The notes beneath the pieces were generated by a model. It was not told the DNA's origin and searched no databases. It worked only from the letters and a program-made list of their open reading frames with translations. Source: Selaginella moellendorffii (Eukaryota; Plantae; Lycopodiophyta). Taken from it: a stretch of DNA of 64,000 nt. Location of the stretch: assembly GCF_000143415.4 (NCBI RefSeq), contig NW_003314300.1:360385-424384 (forward strand), read 5' to 3'. This document shows positions 24,198 through 35,499 of this stretch, piece by piece. Position 1 is the stretch's first letter; each line of letters begins with the position of its first letter. The position numbers were made by a program, and so were the translations under genes.

Positions 24198-26875
24198 ATG
24201 GCACCACTAATCGCTTTTCTTATTCTTTTGGCTCAAATCCAGTGCTCGATGGGAGAGGTAAGTATTTTTTTGAGTCTACAGCGGCGCTAACTGGTGCCAT
24301 CGTAGGTTTATATAGTCTACATGGGGAAAAAAACCATTGAAGACCACGAACTGGTAACGAAATCCCATCACGAAACGCTGGCCAGTGTGTTGGGAAGTGA
24401 AGATTTGGCAAAAGGTGCTATCTTGTACAGCTACCGGCATGGATTCAGCGGTTTCGCAGCAGATATGAATCCAGGGCATGCAAAAGCTTTGTCCAGTAAG
24501 TGGCTATGCTCTCAGTTTTCAGGCTAATACTTCTGTAACAGAGATGCCTGGAGTTGTGTCTGTGTTCCGCAGCAAAAAGGTGAAGCTGCATACAACTCAC
24601 AGCTGGGACTTCCTTGGACTGGATCTCATGAAGCCCAACGGCATTTTGCAAGAATCTGGCTTCGGAGTGGACGTAATTGTTGGGGTTGTGGATTCAGGTG
24701 TTTGTTAAGTTTCACATTCTAGTGTGCAGCAGATACCAAATTTCGGAACTTTTCTGCAGGTGTATGGCCTGAAGCTGAGAGTTTCAATGACAAATCAATG
24801 CCAGCAGTTCCCACAAGATGGAAGGGAATATGTCAAATAGGCGAGAACTTCACGGCTTCAAACTGTAATAGGTTCGTTGTTGGGACCTCCGAGTGACTTG
24901 GAACAAGGAAGTATAACCGTTTACTCTATGAATGCAGGAAACTTATAGGAGCTCGATATTTCAACCAAAGTGTGGATCCTAGCGTGGAGGACTACAGATC
25001 ACCCAGGGACAAAAACTCTCACGGCACGCATACATCGTCGACCGCTGTAGGCAGGCTCGTTTATGGAGCCAGCGATGATGAATTTGGCAGCGGAATAGCT
25101 CGTGGTGGAGCACCAATGGCCAGGCTTGCAATGTACAAATTCTATGAAGAGAGTAGCAGCTTAGAAGCAGACATTATTGCTGCAATCGACTACGCAATTT
25201 ATGACGGAGTCGACATCCTGTCCATTTCTGCAGGCGTGGACAATACGTACGAGTACAACACGGATGGCATTGCAATTGGCGCATTTCATGCAGTCCAGAA
25301 TGGGATTTTGGTTGTGGCAAGTGGTGGCAATTCGGGACCATATCCATCCACAATCATTAACACTGCTCCCTGGATTCTGAGTGTGGGAGCAAGCTCTATT
25401 GACCGGGGTTTCCATGCAAAGATCGTTCTTCCCGACAATGCTACCTCTTGCCAGGTTTGCAAAATGACTGTATGAACCTTCATTTTTGAAGTTTTTGGAC
25501 AGGCAACGCCATCACAGCACCGGACCGGTTCTAAAGTTGGATTGCATGGAATTGCCTCTGGGGAGAATGGGTATGCATACATTCGGACACTAGTATCTCT
25601 CTGATGAGGTGAATTCTGTGCAGCTATTGTACAGAAGCGACATTGAATGGTACCACCCTGAGAGGGAAGTATGTCCTTTGCGTTGCTTCCAGCGCCGAGC
25701 TTCCCGTGGACATGGATGCTATCGAAAAGGCTGGAGCCACCGGAATTATAATCACCGATACAGCCAGATCGATAACAGGAACCTTGTCGCTCCCTATATT
25801 TGTAGTTCCCAGTGCATGCGGTGTGCAGCTCTTAGGTCACAGATCACATGAGAAGTAAGCCAGATCGATCTTGTTTATCTTCATCATTTGAACTTGCCTA
25901 CCTCCAATTGCAGATCGTCAACGATCTATATCCATCCACCTGAAACTGTGACCGGGATTGGACCAGCCCCTGCTGTTGCAACCTTCTCATCCAGGGGACC
26001 AAACCCAATTTCTCCTGATATTCTAAAGGTTTGTGAGTCATTTGGTTTCCAAATTCAAACATCTGATATATCACCGGCATTGCAGCCTGATATCATTGCT
26101 CCTGGCGTTGACATAATCGCTGCTATTCCTCCAAAAAACCATTCAAGCAGCTCAGCAAAGAGTTTTGGAGCGATGAGCGGCACGTCCATGTCCTGTCCTC
26201 ACGTTTCCGGTGTTGCGGCTTTGCTTAAATCCTTGCATCCAGATTGGAGCCCCTCCGCAATCAAGTCTGCAATTATGACAACAGGTATTGTGGGTTTTGC
26301 AAGTTCTGTCCTGAAGTATCACGCTTGCAGCTTGGAACATGGACAACACAAGGGATATAATAACTGATAGTTTCACACTAAGTTATTCCAACCCCTTCGG
26401 ATATGGAGCAGGACACATCAATCCAACCAAAGCAGCAGATCCAGGCCTTGTTTACGTTACCACTCCTCAAGACTATGCTCTCTTCTGCTGCAGTCTGGGC
26501 AGCATTTGCAAGATTGAACACTCCAAATGCTCGTCTCAGACTCTAGCAGCCACTGAGCTGAACTATCCCTCGATAACAATCTCCAACCTGGTGGGAGCCA
26601 AAACAGTGAAAAGAGTTGTGACAAACGTAGGGACACCATGCTCAAGTTACAGGGCAATCGTGGAAGAGCCGCATAGCGTCAGAGTTACAGTCAAACCGGA
26701 CATTCTCCATTTCAACAGTTCCGTGACAAAGCTGTCTTATGAGATCACGTTTGAGGCTGCTCAAATAGTTCGTTCAGTGGGGCACTATGCTTTTGGCTCC
26801 ATCACTTGGTCAGATGGCGTCCATTATGTACGGAGCCCCATTAGTGTCCAGGTAAACGATTTCATTCGTGCTTGA
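24198..26875 (+). CDS. Subtilisin-like serine protease (S8), copy B
   Basis: Same exon structure and intact D/H/S triad as copy A. ATG at 24198. Confidence 0.95.
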
Positions 26876-27504
26876 CTGGGTGGTAAATAAACGACGAAAT
26901 AACTGTTTCTTGCGCCCTAAGCGAGAATCATCTATGGTATGAATATAAACCATAAGACTTTGGTTTCAAAAGCAATTCAATGTTTCTTGAAGCCCCAAAC
27001 CATTTACCATTTCAGTTGGCGAGTGCAACTGTGTTGTAAATCATTCATTTTGCCTTTGTTCCAAAGCTATCAACAACGTGGGACTATTCCAGAAAACTAC
27101 GACTTGTGATCAGGAATTGTTGACTCTTGACGATAGCCTGCTGCTTGTAGCGCTCGTGTCCGCCATCAGTCTCCCAATCTGTTTCCAACAGTTCTTCAAT
27201 CAATTGCAGAGGATAGCGATTCCAAACAGTGAAGTCGATCACCAGACTGCCGTCCTAAGATGCTCCAGTTGCAAAATTCTCCTCAATATCGTACTGGCAG
27301 TTGACCCTTTGACTCTTGTAAAAGTCAACATAGTATTATCTTCAAATTATGTGAGCTCATTCCTTAGACACCACATTTTCTTAACAACTAAGTTTGTTTA
27401 ACAGGTGTCAAGCTCAAAGCTACGTGTTGGAATCGACGTAGAACAGGTTTTCTTTCATCCCGAGAGCCCTCCCCCAAACTAGCTGAGAGATCCTTCCATC
27501 CCAA

Positions 27505-28860
27505 ATGGTGAGGTCGGTGCCCGCCAATGAGAATCACATTCCTTCCGCAGTTGCCAGGCGAAGTGTTGCTTCCGGTAAGAAACTCGAATACAGAAAAGAT
27601 CTCTATACGAATGCATTGCTCCAGCATGGAAGAGCTACGCCATAGCAGCGACACTGGGTGTTCTTCTCTCGTGGGCTTACTTGTCTGGAGTGAAGGCTCC
27701 GCCTCCTCGAATTTGCGGGCAGCCGAATGGACCTCCAGTGACCGCTCCAAGGATTGTTCTTAGTGATGGTAGAAAATTGGCTTACAGTGAAAGAGGGGTT
27801 CCAAAGGAACAAGCAAAACACAAACTCATTGTTGTGCATGGCCTTGACGGGTCCAGGCACCAATCCCTTTCACTGGTATCACAGGTATGGTTTCTAGGAT
27901 TTTCCAAGATCGGTTTCAAGAATGAAACAAGCAACTCTTCTCATTAACTTCCACCGTGTTTTCTAGGAGCTTCTCGAGGAGCTGAGTGTGTACATGGTGT
28001 CTTACGATCGAGCCGGTTATGGACAGAGCGACCCAAATCCAACACGAACCGTGAAGTCGGAGGCTTTCGACGTTGAAGAATTCACAGACCAACTTGAGCT
28101 GGGACCAAAGTTTTACTTGGCATCTATCTCGATTGGAGGCTACACCGCTTGGTCTTGCCTTTACTACATCCCCCACAGGTAAAACGTTAATTCCATATTA
28201 GTTCTTTTCGTTTCGTTGTTCGGAGAACTAACTTTTCGCTATAGATTGGCTGGAGTTTTGATGTTCTCGCCCGTCACAAACTTTTGGTGGTCGAGGCTCC
28301 CATCCCGGGAAGCCTACAATGCGTTTCACACGCAGGCCATTGGAGACAAGCTCGCGCTGCTCGTCGCTCACTACACCCCCTCCTTCCTCTACTTTTGGAT
28401 GACACAAAAACTCCTCCCAACCTCGAGCACCATGGGAGCGCTCCACTTACATTGCAACCCAATGGACAGGGACACAATACTCGGAGGAAAACCGGATCCT
28501 GCTGTAAGTTTCAATACTCCCGATTGTTTCTATGATACTCATGTAGTTTTCATCGTCCAGATTGCCGAAGAGGCAATGCAGCAAGGGATCTTCGAGTCGA
28601 AAATTCGTGACAAGATGGTCATGTTTGGCAACTGGGAGTTCGACCCCTCGGACGTCCCGGATCCATTCCCGAGCAAGAATGGGTCGGTCCACATATGGCA
28701 GGGTGACGAAGACTATCTCGTCCCTGTGGCGTTGCAGCGCTATGTCCATCGATCCCTCCCGTGGATCCAGTATCATGAGCTTGCCGGGGTTGGGCATTTG
28801 CTCCATGCTGCGCCGGGTGTGACTGAGAAAGCATTTCGCCAGCTCTTCCAATCATCCTGA
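27505..28860 (+). CDS. Alpha/beta-hydrolase family protein with N-terminal membrane anchor, multi-exon
   Basis: MVRSVPAN...AWKSYAIAATLGVLLSWAYL, PPPRICG...PRIVLSDGRKLAY, VHGLDGSR, SYDRAGYGQSDPNP, SISIGG, HIWQGDEDYLVP, GHL. Confidence 0.9.
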
Positions 28861-29036
28861 TACCCAATGAATACATCACTGTGTATGTCAACATACGCTA
28901 ATTTACAAAAATGTTTTACGGCCTTTCATTGACTTTGCATTGACTTTACATTGACCATGTTGACTTTCATAGAGCTTCAGGAGCAAAGGCTGGAATCTTA
29001 GCGTTCCAGCTTCTCGGGAGCAATGCTCTTGCTTTT

Positions 29037-31247
29037 TCAAACGCTGGCCAGCAAGAGATCATACCCAGCGCCATCCCTGGCATCCATCCTCACCAGATTC
29101 TCAAACGCGGCTCTGGCGAGATCATAGCTCTCCCACCGCCGGCAAGAGCTCAAGATCGTCCTCCACGCCACCGCATTCGCCCGGAAGGGCATCGATCGCA
29201 GCAGCTCCACCGCGGCATCCAGCTCGTTGGCTCGACCCAAGAGATCCACCATGCACACGTAGTGCTCCATCTCCGGCTCCACGCCATACCTCTCCGCCAT
29301 CGCCGCGAAGAACTCCTTCCCCTTCTCCACCAGCCCGCCGTGGCTACACGCCGCCAGCACGCTCTGGATCGTCACGGCGTTGGGCGCCACTCCGTCCTCG
29401 ACCATCGCTCCAAACAGCGCGATCGCGCGCTGGGACTCGCGGCTGTGGGCGGTGATGATCGACGTCCACGCGATCACGCCTCTGGATCCAGCGCCATCGA
29501 AGACGCGATCCGCGAGGAGGAGAGCTCCACACTTTCCATACGCGTCCACCAGCGCCGCCACTAGAATCTCCTCCTCCGCCAGCCCCGACCGGCAAATCTC
29601 GCCATGGATCACTCGCGCGGCGTCCAACGCCGCCGCCATCGCCGCCGCCTTGAGCCCCGCCGCGTAGCAGTGAGCGTCCGGCGCGATGGAGCTCGCGCTC
29701 GCGAGGATCATGCTCCAGAAGAGATCCAGCGCCGCTCCAGCCTCGCCACTCTCGCAGCACGCCAGCAGCAGCGACGTGATCGCCACCACGTCGCAGCGAT
29801 CGATCGACTGGAAAGCTCGCCGCGCGTCGTCCAAGCTCCCACACTTGGAGTAGAGATCCACAAGCGAGCTCGCCACCTTGCTCGAGACGTCTAAAGCTCG
29901 GGAGTGGAGCTCCATCCCTCTCTCCAGAGCTCCAAGCTTGACGAGCTTGCCCTCGTCCATCTCCACGCTCTCCTCACGGGCCGCCATAGCCATGCAAGCT
30001 TTGAGCGCTGGAAGAAGAATCGAGCCACTGCCGCCACCGCCGCCACTTGGATCTTGTCTCATCCATTCAAGAGCTAGCTCCACGGCGAGCTCAGGCGCCT
30101 CGTTCTCCGCATAGCCGAGCACCAAAACGTTCCACGACACGGAAGTGTGAGCCGGCATCCTATCGAAAACCCGGCGAGCATCGACCAAGCTTCCACACTT
30201 TGCGTACATTCCCAGCAAGCTGTTGGCCACGAAGGTGTCCGAGTCTTGTGAAGATCTCGCTGCCTGAGAGTGAATCGCCATCCCGGTTTCCAAAGCTTCC
30301 AGCTTTCTTGCATCAAACGCTCGGGAGCTTCTTGCCAAGACTGTCTTTCTTCCATCAACCTGGGCGCTCTTTCCCGGGAGAGTTTCCATCCTTCTTCCAT
30401 CGATCTGTGAGCTATCTTCCTGTTGAGAGCTCCTTGCCGAGGCTTCCATCTTCCTCCCATCCATCTGCGGCTTTCTTTCTGCCTTTGTTCTGTCTCTCTG
30501 CAAGGCGATTGTCGTGCAAGCCTTGAGAGCAGCGACGAAAGCTCGAGCGTTGGGAGCGCAGCCCCGGCGTTGCATGCTCCCAAACAGCTCAAGCGCCGTC
30601 TCTCCCTGCCCGTTGTCCGCGTAGCCGAGCATGAGAGCGGTGTAAGTCACAACGTCGCAGCTGGGCATCTTGTCGAAAACTCGCCGAGCCAGCACCAAGC
30701 TCCCACACTTTGCGTACATGTCCACGAGACTGCTCGTCACAAAAGCGTCCGACTCGCAGTGCACCATCGCTGCCTGTGAGTGAATTTCGAGGCCTTGCTC
30801 CAGAGCTCGCAACTTCAAACGAGCTCCGTCGCGACTTTGTTGCTCAGCTTCTTTCGCTGCCAAGTTACTGCAAGCTCTGAGGGCGGCCACGAAAGTTCCA
30901 GCATTTGGAGCGTAGCCTCCGAGTTTCATGTGGAAGAAGAGCTTGAGAGCGAGCTCTTCTTCGCCATTGCTTGCGTATCCCAGCATGAGAGCGTTCCAGA
31001 GAACCGTGTCCTGGTTGAGAGTCGAGTCGAAAACCTTTCGTGCCTCCCCCATGCTCTCGCATTTTGCGTACATGTTGATCAAGGAGGTGGCGATGAATGT
31101 GTCCGACTGCAGCCCGATCTCGGTGGCTCGAGAGTGAAGGATTTTTCCCGTGCGGAGGTCTCTTGAGCTCGTGCATACCTTCAGCGCAGCAAGTAACTTG
31201 GATCTCGCTGCTCCGTTTGCAAGCATACAAGGATGCAAAGGCTGCAA
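29037..31247 (-). CDS. PLS-class PPR protein with E-type end, intronless, 736 aa (candidate organellar RNA editing factor)
   Basis: Repeated MYAKCGSL..ARRVFD.M, WN.L..GYA, ACSHGGLV, HYVCMVDLLGRA, AWRTILSSC. No DYW domain. Confidence 0.92.
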   Translation of the reverse strand: MQPLHPCMLANGAARSKLLAALKVCTSSRDLRTGKILHSRATEIGLQSDTFIATSLINMYAKCESMGEARKVFDSTLNQDTVLWNALMLGYASNGEEELALKLFFHMKLGGYAPNAGTFVAALRACSNLAAKEAEQQSRDGARLKLRALEQGLEIHSQAAMVHCESDAFVTSSLVDMYAKCGSLVLARRVFDKMPSCDVVTYTALMLGYADNGQGETALELFGSMQRRGCAPNARAFVAALKACTTIALQRDRTKAERKPQMDGRKMEASARSSQQEDSSQIDGRRMETLPGKSAQVDGRKTVLARSSRAFDARKLEALETGMAIHSQAARSSQDSDTFVANSLLGMYAKCGSLVDARRVFDRMPAHTSVSWNVLVLGYAENEAPELAVELALEWMRQDPSGGGGGSGSILLPALKACMAMAAREESVEMDEGKLVKLGALERGMELHSRALDVSSKVASSLVDLYSKCGSLDDARRAFQSIDRCDVVAITSLLLACCESGEAGAALDLFWSMILASASSIAPDAHCYAAGLKAAAMAAALDAARVIHGEICRSGLAEEEILVAALVDAYGKCGALLLADRVFDGAGSRGVIAWTSIITAHSRESQRAIALFGAMVEDGVAPNAVTIQSVLAACSHGGLVEKGKEFFAAMAERYGVEPEMEHYVCMVDLLGRANELDAAVELLRSMPFRANAVAWRTILSSCRRWESYDLARAAFENLVRMDARDGAGYDLLLASV

Positions 31248-31476
31248 AACAAAGACATGACAAAATTCACCAATGCTTTAGCTGAATGAAAGTGCAAGGT
31301 ACCTATATCACTGTTGAAGGCATTTGGGTCGAAGCAGCGCAATCCAAAAGAGCAGCAAAACTTCATCAATCTGCAACAAAACCCTAGAGAAGTTCCTCCA
31401 ACAGAAGTCTTAGTCTTTGTTGTCAATCTTTCAATTAAGAGATTAAATAAAAGAATCGTCTTGAAGTACCTATCTT

Positions 31477-33200
31477 TCACTCTGCGATGGAAATTGCAAC
31501 CGCAGTTCCGATTCCACAGGTTAATGCAAACAGCTGGAGCAATGTGCTCTTGATAGAGCTTCCTTGCTGATGCATTTCAGGTATAACTCCTGCCAAGGAG
31601 ATGTACAAAAAGCCTCCGGCCGTGAACGCCTGCAAGAGTTTCTAAAAGTCAGTTGCGGTCCATCTCGTAAGATTTTAATACCTCAATCACTGATGACTGC
31701 TCGGGATTGGCCCCAAAAACCAGCGCCTGGATTGAGTTTCAACCATATGAACACCACAAAACCGAAATGGCTAGCTAGCTACACATACCACGGCAGTGCC
31801 AGCCAAAGCAACCAACGCAGACAAAAAGTTGAATGCCAAAGCCTTGAAAACAGTGAAGCCAGATCTTACAAGAATTCCAAAATCTCCAACCTGAAATATA
31901 CGAGCAATTAAGAAAGCAGCAATGCCAGGAGAGTTATAACCTCTTGAGGAAGCTCGTGGACAAGAAGGAAGAACGTTCTGGACCAACCTCCTTTTGTTCC
32001 ATATAGAAGAAAAGCTGCTCCTATCGCCATTCCGTCGGTGAAGTTATGCTGCAAAAATAACGAGCTTAAAGTATGATACGAGCATTCCAAACCATACCAC
32101 TCCGTCGGAGAACAGGTTCAGATAACCCAGCACAAGTTTAGATCCATCAGCGTTCTTCTGTGCTTTTTTCTTCTTGGAATTTTTTGGAGGGATCTTTTCA
32201 GTTTCCTGAAGCGAAGTTTGTTCGTTGAGGAGAAACAAAAGAGCTTCAGGAAAAACTTACAGAACTTTTGTCGGAATCAGGTGCTTTACCATCATTTTTT
32301 TTGGGATGGTGGTGATGTGAATGCGAAGTTTGAAAACCGTGCTCCTCGACGTAGCGCACTATCTTCTCAACCATGAAGAACAGTAAAATTCCGGCTGCGC
32401 AAAAGCATATTACTGTTATCAGAAAACTTCTTACAACAATTTTACGTACCGAGAACACAAAGTCCAGTTGAGATCTCCTTAAGCGAATGAGCGTGACCTC
32501 CGTTATCATGATCGTGTGAATGATGGGAATGAGAGTGCGAATGCGTAGAATGGCTTGAATCTCCAAACGCGTGAGGCAGCTGGTGGAGGAACGCATCGCC
32601 CATCATGGCACCTCCCTGCCGGTAAAATTCTAAGACACGTTCTAAGAAACCACGTTTAAGAACTTACTCCAAATGCCGCCAAAGTGTTCACAAAATTCGC
32701 AGGAGGAGGTCCTTTAGCTGCAAAGATCGAGCTGGTGTTAGAGAAAAAAAGTTCCATGCAAAGGAAAAAAAGAAGCTCATCGTACAGGAAATCAAAGGGA
32801 CCGTCGCGAGACAGATGAGAGAAACCAGGCTCACCAATAACGAACTTCCCATCGCGTAAGCCCAGAGCTCTACAGAGGAAAACAAATAGAGCATTAAACC
32901 CTACGCTATAACCCATACTACAAACATACCAAATTTCGAGAGCTCGCTCCTGGAATCCTCAAACTCCGAGCTGCCGAATCCAAAGCGCTTGAGATCCTCC
33001 TCTTCCGCGAGCTCCTCCGGTAGCAGACTGTGGTCGTCGTGATGATGATCATGCGAAGAATGTGAATGAGCATGGTCGCGGGAGTGATGATGCCCGCCAT
33101 GGCTGCAAGAATGCGAATGCTCGCGCTCGTGAGCTGCGGCGAGGAGAGATCCGCTCGCTGCCGAGACGACGACGAGCAAAACGAGGAATGCGCGCTCCAT
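31477..33200 (-). CDS. IAR1: ZIP/LIV-1 family metal transporter, IAR1/ZIP7-like, multi-exon
   Basis: Signal peptide, His-rich segments, LPEELAEEEDL, AFLHQLPHAF, LNLFSDGV-HNFTDGMAIG, HELPQE-VGDFGIL, FTAGGFLYI. Confidence 0.92.
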
Positions 33201-33236
33201 CGCGCATCTAGGGCTCCTCCTCTCGAGCAGGGAAAT

Positions 33237-33242
33237 AAAAAA
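33237..33242 (-). terminator. Pol III oligo-T terminator of tRNA-Arg
   Basis: T6 run 4 nt downstream of the discriminator on the minus strand. Confidence 0.75.
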
Positions 33243-33246
33243 CCAG

Positions 33247-33319
33247 TGACCACGGTGGGATTCGAACCCACGACCTTTGGATTCGAAGTCCAGCGCGCTA
33301 TCCACTGCGCTACACGGCC
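33247..33319 (-). tRNA. tRNA-Arg(UCG), 73 nt
   Basis: GGCCGTGTAGCGCAGTGGATAGCGCGCTGGACTTCGAATCCAAAGGTCGTGGGTTCGAATCCCACCGTGGTCA has A/B boxes, a cloverleaf and anticodon TCG. Confidence 0.95.
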
Positions 33320-34090
33320 TGGCGGAGATCATGGCAAACTGCCAAACTCCCGCCGGCTGAGCCCCTTGGTCAATTTAGTCAACTCTTGGCCCAGTCAAAC
33401 GAATTCCAAGAGGAGAGAAAGAGAAATCTAGGTCTTGCTCGCCCACCGCTTCGTGAAATTTTGATCTGGGCACTCCAACAAGAGGCGAAGAACACCACAT
33501 TGAGGTACTCGCGCGTGAATTCTTAGCTTGGATTGTTCTGGCTTGAATACATTTCTTCCCACATGATCTCTACAAAACTTTGTTTTCCAGGTAGATTCTC
33601 GTAGAAAGTACGCGCTTCGAAAGAAATGCGCACGAATTCTCTACGCTAAGAAACGCTGTCTACTTTTCTCCATAAGTATCTCGTCGTCTCCATTTCTTTC
33701 CCAATTTCCACTCGAGGTACGCTATCCTTTGGTCAAAAGCTTCTTTTTTTTCCTTCTTCCTCTTTTGTTCGTGCGTAAGCACTACGTAAGTGTGATCGAG
33801 AGATCTCTCGCATGGTTTGGCAGTGAATTCGTGTGCTTGTGTGTGTGTTGCTACCATTGACGGTGGCTGTCGCTGTGGCCCCTCCTTCCACTTTGTCCTT
33901 TCTTCCACTCAGTGGAGAACATCTCATTCGTTTTCTGGCGAGAGCTAAAGTTGTGGAGCGATAGCCTGTGCGTGTGTGTGTGTGTGTACTTTTGTTCCTC
34001 TTCCTAAGGCTGCGCCCCCTTTGTTTCTCATTGTTTTTGCTCGTCCCCCTTTTCAACAGGCTCCGGGTTTCCATCGTCGCTGCGCAGAAA

Positions 34091-34682
34091 ATGGCTTCTT
34101 TTCGCAAGATAGTGCTTGCATCACTACTATCATGCTTGCTCCTCGCCGCTGTTGCCACTGAAACCGAAGGTAGAGCGAGCCTTTCTCTCTTTTGTTTTCT
34201 CCTTTTTTACTCTAGAACCGATTGTGTTCCTGATTCTTCCGTGGAATTCTAGCAGATGAGAGCTTGGTGGCAGCACAGGACCAGGTAAAAACTCTTGTTT
34301 TCTCGTTTTTTCGTACTGTTCTTTAGCCGCGTGATAGGATCTCTTTTAACTTTCATTCGTTCGTATTGCATAATCTCACCCCCACTGTGTCTTCGCCTTT
34401 CGAGACTAGTAGATGAGGTAAAAAGCTCTTTTTCTTTTTGCTGCGTTTCGCCACTGTTCTTCGCGTAATCTCCAGTTATTAAAGCTCTTCGTTTTCGCCA
34501 AAGAACTTATACTTCCTATTCTTCAGGCTCTTAACTTCGACCGTGGATTCGCCATGGAACAGATGCTATCACGGATCCAGAGCAAAAAGCTTCGTCGCGA
34601 GAGAAACTTGGTCCACACAAACGACTACGCCGATCCATCGCCAAACACCGATCCAAAGCGCGGCCCGCCGAAATCAGGATAA
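34091..34682 (+). CDS. Secreted tyrosine-sulfated peptide precursor, PSY-like (#1), 88 aa; exons 34091-34169, 34253-34284, 34527-34682
   Basis: Signal peptide MASFRKIVLASLLSCLLLAAVAT. In-phase GT-AG splicing gives ...KLRRERNLVHTNDYADPSPNTDPKRGPPKSG*, resembling PSY1 DYGDPSANPKHDP. Confidence 0.82.
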
Positions 34683-35030
34683 GTATAGAACTCGTTGGAA
34701 GCGCGTGTAAATTTACTCTACGCGGATATCAAGTCCATGGTTGTTTTATACATGGCTGACTCTTTGGCTTCCTCAAAGGAAGCATAGTGTGTTTTGCTGG
34801 CCAGCATCAACAATGAATCTATAATATACAAATGGTTTGTGGCTTATAATGCTGGTAGAATAGTGTTCTATCAATTTATAAGCAGCAGCTTGCAGAGAGG
34901 CCAGCCACAATATATGACCACTTTGATGGTGTGAGCTGACCGAGTGGAACAAGTGCTGTTGTAAGAGCTAGGGAGAGCTAGGGAGAGTTTAAATGTGAGT
35001 GTGGAGCTTCCGGAGAAGCATAGAGAAAGC

Positions 35031-35392
35031 ATGGGCGTGTTTGCGAGAAGCATGCGTTTGCTCGTTTGTCTCATGATCTTTGCTGCAGTGTTGATCTCAC
35101 AAGCTGAAGTTGAAGCTTTCAAGGATGGAACAAAAGGTAACTTTTTCCGTGGTGTTCTTCCTGCTAAGATGAATGCAAGCTTAAAAAGAGTCTCTTTTGT
35201 TGCTCACAGTGGATAAGGGTTCTTTGCCAAGGAAGGTTGTGAGGAATTTCAAAATGCTGGTAAGTTCATTCTCAGATCTTTTGAGATGTTTAAAATCTGT
35301 GGAGCCTTGTTCTGCACTTGCAGGAAGATAAGAAGTACCATTCAATTCATGTCACTGATTACGATGACCCTTCACACAACACACGGCCATGA
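35031..35392 (+). CDS. Secreted tyrosine-sulfated peptide precursor, PSY-like (#2), 74 aa; exons 35031-35136, 35210-35259, 35324-35392
   Basis: Signal peptide MGVFARSMRLLVCLMIFAAVLISQAEVEA. Spliced C-terminus EDKKYHSIHVTDYDDPSHNTRP*. Intron phases (1,0) match #1. Confidence 0.78.
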
Positions 35393-35499
35393 TAAGAGAA
35401 AGAACTCGGACCCCCACTGTCTTTCAACTCCTTGTTCTCCCCTTCGACTATCTTTTGTCCTCGTAACTGAGTTTAACAAAATCAATGTTCAGAATATTC

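Larger units (their letters stand above)
22110..27246 (+). repeat. Right arm of inverted segmental duplication
   Basis: Reverse complement of 10312-15345. Confidence 0.93.

Noticed and set aside
32901-33332. 143-aa ORF reading through the tRNA into IAR1
   Set aside because: An upstream in-frame ATG exists, but it would bury the signal peptide that begins at 33200. It is treated as incidental unless long transcripts are found.
34400-34425. Extra micro-exon in peptide gene #1 (TAGATGAG/GTAAAA)
   Set aside because: It resembles a duplicated donor region, but no acceptor that clearly keeps the frame could be chosen without transcript data.
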